Source: Clostridia bacterium (lineage in GTDB: Bacteria > Bacillota > Clostridia > Christensenellales > UBA1242). From it: a stretch of DNA of 60,918 nucleotides. Location of the stretch: positions 1 through 60,918 of the forward strand of contig JAFSVR010000017.1 in assembly GCA_017444895.1 (NCBI GenBank), read 5' to 3'. Positions 54,004 to 60,918 of this stretch are shown one piece after another (position 1 is the first letter of the stretch; the number at the start of each line of letters is the position of its first letter). A model generated the notes under the pieces. The model ran no database searches, was not told the DNA's origin, and saw only the letters and a list, made by a program, of their open reading frames with translations. The translations under genes and the position numbers were made by a program.

Positions 54004-54570
54004 ATGAAAATAGTTCTATTAATTATTTTTATAATCTTGTTTTTTGTTATGCTATTAATCTTTCCGTTAAGGCTGCGGTTTGAGGGACACGTTAACATTT
54101 TGGATAGGGTATGCATATATTCAATAAAACTGCTATTTTTCAAGGTGTTAATTGGGCGTTGCACTTTTTCACTTGGGGATGGTTTTAAGATTGAAAACGT
54201 TGCAAACAACTTACCTGAAGACACAAAAATCCATCCTCATCTTGCATCTCTTTACACTGAGGAATTGCTGTCGCATTTGGTTGTTGCGAAACTGAGAATA
54301 TATTTCAATTTTGGCATTGAAGATGATGCTGATAAAACAGCGCTTGTTTGTGGCGGAATGCAGGCTGTTTCAGCGGGTGTTATAGCTTGGGTTCTAAATA
54401 ATAATAGAAATGCAACAATATGTCAGAGCATTGTTCCAAATTTTGAAAATAGTGAGTGTGAAATGACCATGCTTTTAAGCCTGAAAATCAATTTATTATT
54501 AATCATAGTAAGTTATATCAGGTCCAAGAAAATATATAAGAAAAAATATAAAGGAGCTGTTAATGAATAA
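54004..54570 (+). CDS. YtfI-like (DUF2953) sporulation-associated membrane protein
   Basis: N-terminal TM then FPLRLRFEGHVNIL...; sits immediately upstream of ytfJ as ytfI does in Bacillus/Clostridium. No SD seen. Confidence 0.5.
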   Translation: MKIVLLIIFIILFFVMLLIFPLRLRFEGHVNILDRVCIYSIKLLFFKVLIGRCTFSLGDGFKIENVANNLPEDTKIHPHLASLYTEELLSHLVVAKLRIYFNFGIEDDADKTALVCGGMQAVSAGVIAWVLNNNRNATICQSIVPNFENSECEMTMLLSLKINLLLIIVSYIRSKKIYKKKYKGAVNE

Positions 54571-54961
54571 AGATAAAACAAATCCAATAGAAGATGTTGT
54601 TGATAGCGCACTGAAAAACTTAAATCTTATTGCCGATTCTAGCACAATTATTGGAAAACCAATTGCAAATGAAACAGGGGTTGTTATATTGCCTGTTAGC
54701 AAGGTGAGTATGGGGTTTGTTGCTGGTGGTGGTGAATATCCAGCAAAGAAAAGAAAGAAAAAAGATCCGTTTATTGGCGGGAGTGGAGCAGGGATAAGCT
54801 TAATTCCTATGGGCTTTTTAACTATAATTGGTGGCATTCCAAATTTTATAAGAATTGAAAACAGAACAACTTTTGATAAGCTTGGAGATGTGTTGCCCGA
54901 TCTAATTGACAAACTGACAAGCGCAATAAAAAACAATAAGGAAACTGCAAAAAATGAATAA
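54563..54961 (+). CDS. ytfJ: spore protein YtfJ/GerW
   Basis: TIIGKPI....VILPVSKVSMGFVAGGGEY....PFIGGSGAGISLIPMGFL, the characteristic YtfJ signature. Confidence 0.85.
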   Translation: MNKDKTNPIEDVVDSALKNLNLIADSSTIIGKPIANETGVVILPVSKVSMGFVAGGGEYPAKKRKKKDPFIGGSGAGISLIPMGFLTIIGGIPNFIRIENRTTFDKLGDVLPDLIDKLTSAIKNNKETAKNE

Positions 54962-56093
54962 AAATACAAAAATAATGTCATTTTGCATAATTTTGATTGT
55001 AATTTTTGCGTTTTTTACATTTTGTAATTTTGGAACAAAATATAAGACCTATGCCTATCATACTACTGCAAAAAGTGTATGCGTTATGGAGAAAACAACG
55101 GGCAGAATATTATATTCAAAAAATGAAAATGAAGTTTTGCCCATGGCTAGCCTAACAAAAATTATAACAGCCATCGTTGTTATTGAAAACAATGATAACC
55201 TAGAACGTGTGTTTGAGATCCCAAAAGAGGCAACGGGGATTGAGGGGAGTTCTATTTATCTTAAAACTGGTGAAAAATATACGATATTGGAATTGCTTTA
55301 TGGTCTAATGCTGAGAAGTGGGAATGATAGCGCTATTGCCCTTGCAATAGCAACAAGTGGAAGCCTTGAAAAGTTTATGGAGCTTGCAAATAAATTTTGT
55401 ATAGACCATGGTTTATTGTCAACTCGTTTAACTTCTCCGCATGGGCTTGATAATGCAAATCATTACACTTCTGCGGAAAATTTAGCAAAAATTTCGTGTT
55501 ATGCTCTTAAAAATGCGGTTTTTGCAAAAATTGTATCGACACAAATTTATAATGTTCCTGCAAATGAAACACATGAAGCAAGGGTGTTTAAGAACAAAAA
55601 TAGGCTGCTTGGGAAATTTGATGGCGCAACTGGAATTAAAACTGGTTATACAGAAGATGCTGGCAGGTGTTTTGTTGGAAGTGCCAAAAGAAACGGAATG
55701 GAAGTTGTTTGTGTTCTTCTAAATTGCAACCCAATGTTTGAAGATTGTTCTCTAATTTTAGATGAGGTCTTTGATGAATATCACATGACTGAACTTCTCA
55801 GTGAGTATCAAACTGAAAAAATTAAGGTGTCTGGGGCAAGTGTTAGCTATGTTGATGTTGCCTTGCACGGCGGGTTTTCTTATCCGCTAAAAGCAACTGA
55901 AATGTCTGATATCCATATGCAAAAAAGCCTTCCTGATAGAATTGATGCGCCAATATGTGCGAACCAACTAGTTGGGCAATTTGAAATTTATTTCAAAAAT
56001 GATTTGATTTTTTCTCAAAATTTCTATACTATTAAAGGCGTAAGTTCTAATGCGTTTTCTGCCAGTCTAAAGAAAATTATTGAGGCTTTTTAG
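54954..56093 (+). CDS. D-alanyl-D-alanine carboxypeptidase (S11, PBP5 family), second copy
   Basis: N-terminal TM; ASLTKII (SxxK), SGNDS (SxN), KTGYT. Confidence 0.85.
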   Translation: MNKNTKIMSFCIILIVIFAFFTFCNFGTKYKTYAYHTTAKSVCVMEKTTGRILYSKNENEVLPMASLTKIITAIVVIENNDNLERVFEIPKEATGIEGSSIYLKTGEKYTILELLYGLMLRSGNDSAIALAIATSGSLEKFMELANKFCIDHGLLSTRLTSPHGLDNANHYTSAENLAKISCYALKNAVFAKIVSTQIYNVPANETHEARVFKNKNRLLGKFDGATGIKTGYTEDAGRCFVGSAKRNGMEVVCVLLNCNPMFEDCSLILDEVFDEYHMTELLSEYQTEKIKVSGASVSYVDVALHGGFSYPLKATEMSDIHMQKSLPDRIDAPICANQLVGQFEIYFKNDLIFSQNFYTIKGVSSNAFSASLKKIIEAF

Positions 56094-56128
56094 GGGCAGA
56101 AATCATAAAAACACGAAGGAATAATAGT

Positions 56129-56833
56129 ATGCGAATTAATAAGTTTTTGTCATCTGCGGGCCTTGGGTCAAGGCGGAAAGTTGAAGCGCTGGTAAATGAG
56201 GGGCGTGTTAAGGTTAATGGTGAGGTTGTTGATAGCCTTGTATTTTCTGTTTTCCCCAAAGACGTTGTTTTTGTTGATGGGAATGAAGTGGCATTGCCTG
56301 CTGAAAATGTTTATGTTATGCTCCATAAGCCAAAGGGCTATATAACAGCTGTTAGTGATGACAGGGGCAGAAAAACTGTTATGGATTTGCTCCCTGAAAA
56401 CTTAAAGCATCTTAAACCTGTTGGCAGGCTAGATTACGATAGCGAGGGTCTTCTTATTTTGACTGATGATGGCGAACTCACGTATGCATTGACGCATCCT
56501 TCACACGAGGTTGGGAAAACCTATCTTGTTAAGGTTGAAGGAGAGATAAAAGAAAGCCAGCTTGCAGTTTTAAGGGCGGGGGTTGTTGTTGAAGGAAAAC
56601 GCCTTGCTAAATGCAAGGTTAAACTTCAAAACTATGATGGACATATTTCAAAACTGGAAATAACTATTTTTGAAGGCAAAAACAGGCAGATTCGTAAAAT
56701 GTTTGAGGCGGTTGGCTTCAAAGTTGTATTCTTAAAGCGAACTCAAATTGGCGAACTTAGGCTCAGCGGTGTTGATAGGGGCAAATATAGACTTCTATCT
56801 GCCATTGAAATTGAATATTTGAAGAGTTTATAG
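56129..56833 (+). CDS. rluB: RsuA/RluB-family pseudouridine synthase
   Basis: S4 domain (MRINKFLSSAGLGSRRK), catalytic GRLDYDSEGL, NRQIRKM. Confidence 0.9.
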   Translation: MRINKFLSSAGLGSRRKVEALVNEGRVKVNGEVVDSLVFSVFPKDVVFVDGNEVALPAENVYVMLHKPKGYITAVSDDRGRKTVMDLLPENLKHLKPVGRLDYDSEGLLILTDDGELTYALTHPSHEVGKTYLVKVEGEIKESQLAVLRAGVVVEGKRLAKCKVKLQNYDGHISKLEITIFEGKNRQIRKMFEAVGFKVVFLKRTQIGELRLSGVDRGKYRLLSAIEIEYLKSL

Positions 56834-56834
56834 C

Positions 56835-58067
56835 ATGAGAGTTATTGTTATTGGTGCTGGGGCAAGTGGGCTTATGGCCAGTGTTCTTCTTGCGAGAAAG
56901 GGGCAAGAAGTGGTTTTGCTTGAAAAAAATGAGCAAATTGGCAAAAAAATCTTAATAACTGGCAAGGGGCGATGCAACGTCACTAACACAGCAACAGGTG
57001 AAGAATTCTTGGATAATGTTGTTAGGGGCAAAAAGTTTTTAATCAGCGCAGAAAGGGCCTTTAATTCAAAAAGCACTATGCATTTTTTTGAAGAACTTGG
57101 TGTTAAACTTAAAGTTGAGCGGGGAAATCGTGTTTTTCCTGAAACTGATAGCGCAAAAACAATAAACAACGCCTTTATAAAAGCCCTTAACGCAAGTGGC
57201 GTTAGGCTGGAACTTAAACAAGAAGTTGAAAAAATTGATAAAATTGGGGCTTGTTTCAAAATTAAAACTAAAACAAATAATTATGACGCAGATGCTGTGG
57301 TCGTTGCGACGGGCGGGCTGAGCTATCCCCTTACGGGTAGCACGGGTGATGGCTATGCTTTTGCCAAAAACTTTGGGCACAAAATTGTTGAAACAAAAAG
57401 TGCACTAAATGGCGTAAAAATAAAGGGTAATGAGTGCAAGGCCCTTGAGGGGCTTAGCCTTAAAAATGTTGTGGTTTCAGCTAAAAATGAAACGGGCAAA
57501 GAAGTTTATAAAAGCGAAATTGGTGAAATGCTTTTCACGTCTGTTGGCATTTCCGGGCCAATTGTTCTTTCAATGAGCAGTTATATTAACAGGGAAGACG
57601 TAAAAATTTGTGAAATAGATTTCAAGCCTGCGTTAAGTCTTGATAAAATAAAGAGCAAGATTGAGACGGGAATTGAGGAAGCGCCAAGAAAAAGTTTGCA
57701 GTCTTTGCTTGCTTCAATGCTCCCAAAAAGACTGATAGAAATAATGGCAAACAGGTTGAGGCTTGACGCAAAAATCCAACTTAACCAACTTTCAAGGCAA
57801 AAAAGAGATGAACTAGCAACTTTGCTCAAGCATTTTTCTCTTGAATATGTTAGGGTTGAAGATGTTGAACAAAGCGTTATAACAAGCGGGGGCGTCTCTC
57901 TTGACGAGGTCAGCCCTAAAGACATGCAGTCTAAAATTATGCCAGGGTTATTCTTTGTTGGTGAAGTTCTTGATGTTGATGCGCTAACTGGTGGTTTTAA
58001 TTTGCAAATTGCTTTCAGCACTGCAAGTGCTTGCGCAAATTCAAAGTTTTTTGAAGGGGGGAAATAG
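56835..58067 (+). CDS. BaiN/RdsA (HI0933-like) family flavoprotein
   Basis: VIVIGAGASGLMAS dinucleotide fold, GKGRCNVTN, C-terminal EVLDVDALTGGFNLQ signature. Confidence 0.8.
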   Translation: MRVIVIGAGASGLMASVLLARKGQEVVLLEKNEQIGKKILITGKGRCNVTNTATGEEFLDNVVRGKKFLISAERAFNSKSTMHFFEELGVKLKVERGNRVFPETDSAKTINNAFIKALNASGVRLELKQEVEKIDKIGACFKIKTKTNNYDADAVVVATGGLSYPLTGSTGDGYAFAKNFGHKIVETKSALNGVKIKGNECKALEGLSLKNVVVSAKNETGKEVYKSEIGEMLFTSVGISGPIVLSMSSYINREDVKICEIDFKPALSLDKIKSKIETGIEEAPRKSLQSLLASMLPKRLIEIMANRLRLDAKIQLNQLSRQKRDELATLLKHFSLEYVRVEDVEQSVITSGGVSLDEVSPKDMQSKIMPGLFFVGEVLDVDALTGGFNLQIAFSTASACANSKFFEGGK

Positions 58068-58661
58068 ATGCTATATATAATCGCAGTTATAGTTTTATTT
58101 TTGCCAATAACAATCTTTTTCCCAACCAAAATAATTGGCAAGAAAAAGCTACCTAAAAGGCCATATATAATCGTCAGCAACCACACCTCAAATTTTGATT
58201 GCATTGTTTTAGACATAAGGCTAGGAAAAAAACTTTATTTTATGGCTAAAAAAGAACTTTTTAAGCCAAAAATAAAAGGCTTTTTCATAAAGCAGCTTGG
58301 TGGATATAAGGTTGACAGGGGTGGTGCAGATTTAGGCGCTATTAAAACCAGTTTTAAGCTTCTTAAAAAGAAGAAAATTCTTGCGATTTTTCCTGAGGGA
58401 ACAAGAAATAAGGCACGGGATATTGATGGGCTACTTAGCGTTCATAATGGCGCTATTGTTATTGCTCAAAAAGCAGATGTTCCTATTGTTCCGGTTGTGA
58501 TTGAGAAACGCCCAAAAATCTTCCGCAGAAACAGGATTGTTATTGGTGATCCAATTTTTCCAAATTGTGAAACACCAAAGCATCCAACCAAAGAAGAAAC
58601 TGATGCAATGACGCATGAAATGGTTTCGGCCATAAATGATCTCAGACAAAATCTGAGATAG
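58068..58661 (+). CDS. plsC: 1-acyl-sn-glycerol-3-phosphate acyltransferase
   Basis: HX4D motif NHTSNFD and FPEGTR. Confidence 0.85.
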   Translation: MLYIIAVIVLFLPITIFFPTKIIGKKKLPKRPYIIVSNHTSNFDCIVLDIRLGKKLYFMAKKELFKPKIKGFFIKQLGGYKVDRGGADLGAIKTSFKLLKKKKILAIFPEGTRNKARDIDGLLSVHNGAIVIAQKADVPIVPVVIEKRPKIFRRNRIVIGDPIFPNCETPKHPTKEETDAMTHEMVSAINDLRQNLR

Positions 58662-58691
58662 TTTTTGTTGAACAATTTTGTTTAATTTTGT

Positions 58692-58721
58692 TTGACATGG
58701 CCAAAATTAAAGTGTTAATAT
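58692..58721 (+). promoter_or_regulatory. sigma-A-type promoter with extended -10
   Basis: TTGACA (58692-58697), 18 nt, TGtTAATAT (-10 at 58716-58721). Confidence 0.5.
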
Positions 58722-58757
58722 GGAGTCAATAGAAAGTTTTACGCATAGGAGGGAAAG

Positions 58758-59816
58758 ATGAGTAAAATTAAAGTTGTTCAAATTGGTTGCGGAAAAATGT
58801 CGAAATACACCATGCGATATGTGCTTGAGAAAGGTGGTGAAATCGTTGGAGCATACGATATCAATCCAAAGGTTATTGGAAAAGATATTTCTAAAATCAT
58901 TGGTTTGAGAAATCCTATTGGAGTTGCTGTTAGCGATGTTAAAACTCTTGATGCAACAATCAAGAAAACAAAGGCTAATGTTGCAATTGTAACAACAATG
59001 AGCCTCATGAGCGATTTGTATGATGTTCTTATGATTTGCGCTAAAAATGGTATCAATGCAATAACAACTTGCGAAGAGGCGTTCTATCCATGGAACAGCA
59101 GCGAGAAATTAACAAAAGCTATTGATAAAGTTGCAAAAGAGCATAATTGCACAATCGCAGGAAGCGGATACCAAGATGTTTATTGGGGCAACCTTATCAC
59201 AACCATTTGTGGCTCAACGCATAAAATAACAAAGATTAAAGGCAAGAGCAGTTATAACGTTGAAGATTATGGTATTGCACTTGCAGAGGTTCATGGCGCA
59301 GGCTTAACTCTTAAAGAGTTTGATAAGCAAATTGCTGCTGCTGATAACATTTCTGATGAGGAAAGAAATGCACTTATCAAAAAAGGCGAATTCTTGCCAA
59401 GCTATATGTGGAACGTTAATGGCTGGCTTGCAAGCCAACTTGGGCTCCATGTTACAAGGCAAACCCAGAAATGTGTTCCACAAACATATAAAACAGATCT
59501 TAAATCTTCAACCCTTGGCCTCACAATTCCAAAGGGCAATGCAACTGGTATGAGCGCAGTTGTAACAACAACCACAAAAGAGGGCATTGTTATTGAAAGT
59601 GAGTGCATCGGAAAGGTTTATGGACCAGATGAGTTTGATTGCAATGAGTGGACTGTTTATGGCGAACCAGACACAACAGTTGTTGTCAATCGCCCTGCAA
59701 CAGTTGAACTTACTTGTGCAACAATCGTTAACCGTTTGCCAGATGTAATTAAAGCCCCAGCAGGCTACTATACAACTGAGAAAATGGAGCGCTCACACTT
59801 CCATATTCAATTCTAA
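58758..59816 (+). CDS. NAD(P)-dependent oxidoreductase, DapB-like / 2,4-diaminopentanoate (amine) dehydrogenase family
   Basis: N-terminal Rossmann KVVQIGCGKMS; size and layout recall the Ord/native amine dehydrogenase family. Assignment is from memory only. Confidence 0.45.
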   Translation: MSKIKVVQIGCGKMSKYTMRYVLEKGGEIVGAYDINPKVIGKDISKIIGLRNPIGVAVSDVKTLDATIKKTKANVAIVTTMSLMSDLYDVLMICAKNGINAITTCEEAFYPWNSSEKLTKAIDKVAKEHNCTIAGSGYQDVYWGNLITTICGSTHKITKIKGKSSYNVEDYGIALAEVHGAGLTLKEFDKQIAAADNISDEERNALIKKGEFLPSYMWNVNGWLASQLGLHVTRQTQKCVPQTYKTDLKSSTLGLTIPKGNATGMSAVVTTTTKEGIVIESECIGKVYGPDEFDCNEWTVYGEPDTTVVVNRPATVELTCATIVNRLPDVIKAPAGYYTTEKMERSHFHIQF

Positions 59817-59850
59817 TTTGCCATAATTAGAATATCGTAAAACGAAAGAT

Positions 59851-59917
59851 GAACCCAACCAAAGCATACGTACAATCAGTACGCTAGTTTTGGTCTCGGG
59901 TTCTTTTTCTTTTTTTA
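59851..59917 (+). terminator. long compound hairpin terminator
   Basis: GAACCCAACCAAA...TTTGGTCTCGGGTTC outer stem, inner CGTAC-aatca-GTACG, followed by TTTTTCTTTTTTT. Confidence 0.65.
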
Positions 59918-59919
59918 TA

Positions 59920-59948
59920 TTGACAGGTTGTTATCCTCATGTTAGAAT
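59920..59948 (+). promoter_or_regulatory. sigma-A-type promoter with extended -10
   Basis: TTGACA (59920-59925), 17 nt, TGtTAGAAT (-10 at 59943-59948). Confidence 0.65.
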
Positions 59949-59977
59949 GAAGAAAAAGAAATGTGTGGTGGCAGATA

Positions 59978-60208
59978 ATGGTTATAGACGAAGATAAGAT
60001 GGTTGATGAAGAAATAGCATTTATGCTGGCAGATTGGGAGATGAAACAGGCTCGCAAACAAATTGGTAAAGAGCAATATTTGCCACAAAATAGCATGCCA
60101 CCTCAAAAAGATGAAAGCAATAATAATAACGAGAAAAAGCACGCAATAAACCTTTTCGCCCGAGAAGAAATTATAAGGAATTTGGAAGATATTGAACGCA
60201 TGCGATAG
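59978..60208 (+). CDS. small acidic hypothetical protein
   Basis: ATG 59978 lies 6 nt after GGTGG (ORF opens at GTG 59963); 76 aa, D/E-rich ends, N-rich centre. No family recognised. Confidence 0.4.
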   Translation: MVIDEDKMVDEEIAFMLADWEMKQARKQIGKEQYLPQNSMPPQKDESNNNNEKKHAINLFAREEIIRNLEDIERMR

Positions 60209-60218
60209 GGCGCAAAGA

Positions 60219-60247
60219 TTGACATACAGTCGTATTTGTGGTAGCAT
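60219..60247 (+). promoter_or_regulatory. sigma-A-type promoter with extended -10
   Basis: TTGACA (60219-60224), 17 nt, TGgTAGCAT (-10 at 60242-60247). Confidence 0.55.
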
Positions 60248-60282
60248 GGTATCAGTTAAACGCCAAGAAGGGGTTGAGATGT

Positions 60283-60918
60283 ATGGACTTAGAACATATT
60301 GAAGAGTATATTAAGAGATTTGTTAGATTTTACGATATCAATGAACATGAATACAGGGACCAACTGGAAGGGAATATTTTAGGAATTATCCATATTGACA
60401 AAGACGTTTTGTCTTTGGTTGACATCGACGGTATTAATCTTGGGATGCTTGCGTGTGACTATGGCTTAGACAAGGTAGTGGAATTATCTTTGGATGATGA
60501 AAAGGCCAGCCTTCAACAAGATTGTTATGGCATGAATATAGGTATGCATGCAGCAATTAATCAGCTGGAAGATTTAACCCTTAAAGCGTTAGAAAATGTT
60601 GAAGCTAGCTTGCAACAAGATGTTTACGGGATGAATATTGGCATGCATGCAGCTTGCAATGGGCTTGAAAAAGCTGTTATTAAATCTTTGGATAACGAAA
60701 AGGCAAGTTTGCAACAAGATCGATATGGCGACAATATTGGAATGTTCTCTGCAATATACAAAATGGAAAAAGCTGTTCTTAAAGCACTAGATAACAAAGA
60801 AGCCAGTGTTCAGCAAAATGATAAGGGTGAGAATATTGGTATTCTTGCTGGTAGAAATGGTATGCCCAAAGCGGTTAAAAAGGCTTTGTATAATACCTTT
60901 GCAAGAAAGCAAGTATCA
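60283..60918 (+). CDS. ankyrin-repeat protein (partial, runs off right edge)
   Basis: Not in the ORF track because there is no stop. My translation from ATG 60283 gives 212 codons without a stop: MDLEHIEEYIKRF... then five 33-aa repeats of the form D.YG.NIGMHAA..GLEKAV.K.LDN..ASLQQ. Confidence 0.7.
   Translation, partial: MDLEHIEEYIKRFVRFYDINEHEYRDQLEGNILGIIHIDKDVLSLVDIDGINLGMLACDYGLDKVVELSLDDEKASLQQDCYGMNIGMHAAINQLEDLTLKALENVEASLQQDVYGMNIGMHAACNGLEKAVIKSLDNEKASLQQDRYGDNIGMFSAIYKMEKAVLKALDNKEASVQQNDKGENIGILAGRNGMPKAVKKALYNTFARKQVS
60421..60918 (+). repeat. 99-bp (33-codon) coding tandem repeats (ankyrin units)
   Basis: Recurring GCAAGTTTGCAACAAGAT...GGCATGAATATTGGCATGCATGCAGC blocks with a 99-nt period. 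Confidence 0.7.

Noticed and set aside
57581-58216. 211-aa minus-strand ORF spanning the BaiN-like/plsC junction
   Set aside because: Antisense to two motif-supported genes; low-complexity S/L/I-rich translation.
60421-60918. Regular 99-nt DNA periodicity, considered as a possible CRISPR or satellite array
   Set aside because: The repeats are contiguous with no spacers, are in-frame, and encode 33-aa ankyrin-type units inside an open reading frame.
1-60918. Window-wide check, by eye, for rRNA, tRNA, CRISPR arrays, transposases/integrases, phage genes, toxin-antitoxin pairs and restriction or other defence genes
   Set aside because: None recognised. All intergenic gaps are under 250 nt and are accounted for by promoters, terminators or the structures reported. 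The novelty here lies in variant core genes, not in an inserted island.

Overview
AT-rich core-chromosome segment of an endospore-forming Bacillota (Clostridia-like) genome. I count about 72 protein-coding genes. All but three (rpsU, a frameshifted hypothetical, rpoZ) are on the + strand. I recognised no rRNA, tRNA, CRISPR array, IS/transposase or prophage genes. The content is a chain of highly conserved housekeeping blocks: lspA-rluD; tig-clpP-clpX; split transketolase; engB; der-plsY; rpsU; pcrA-ligA; rpoZ; priA-def-fmt-rlmN-rsgA-rpe; frr-uppS-cdsA-rseP-[polC slot]-rimP-nusA-ylxR-ylxQ-infB-rbfA-nrnA-truB; efp-tdk; spoIIIAA-AH; asp23-nusB-xseA-xseB; spoIVB-spo0A-spoIIM-like; dac; M50 protease-scpA-scpB-ytfI-ytfJ-dac-rluB; BaiN-like flavoprotein-plsC. 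The right end looks accessory: a DapB-like dehydrogenase, a small acidic protein, and an ankyrin-repeat protein that runs off the window. The blocks are syntenic with Bacillus/Clostridium but compacted: dxr/ispG/proS, ispA/dxs/recN, stp/prkC, gmk/coaBC and ribF/rpsO/pnp are not at their usual places. Most noteworthy observations: (1) the polC slot holds a 536-aa protein that looks like PolC N-terminal domain + OB fold + DEDDh proofreading exonuclease, with no PHP or polymerase core; (2) the Spo0A orthologue keeps the Spo0A DNA-binding domain, but its receiver domain lacks the acidic pair and the conserved lysine; (3) SpoIIIAF is reduced to a 54-aa two-TM stub; (4) several genes have a sigma-A-type promoter ending 5-9 nt before an ATG with no Shine-Dalgarno, making them candidate leaderless mRNAs; (5) there is a recurrent AGTGCAAAATT motif, and a ~200-nt structured region follows the SHOCT gene. 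All calls come from reading the sequence and from remembered family motifs. No searches were run.
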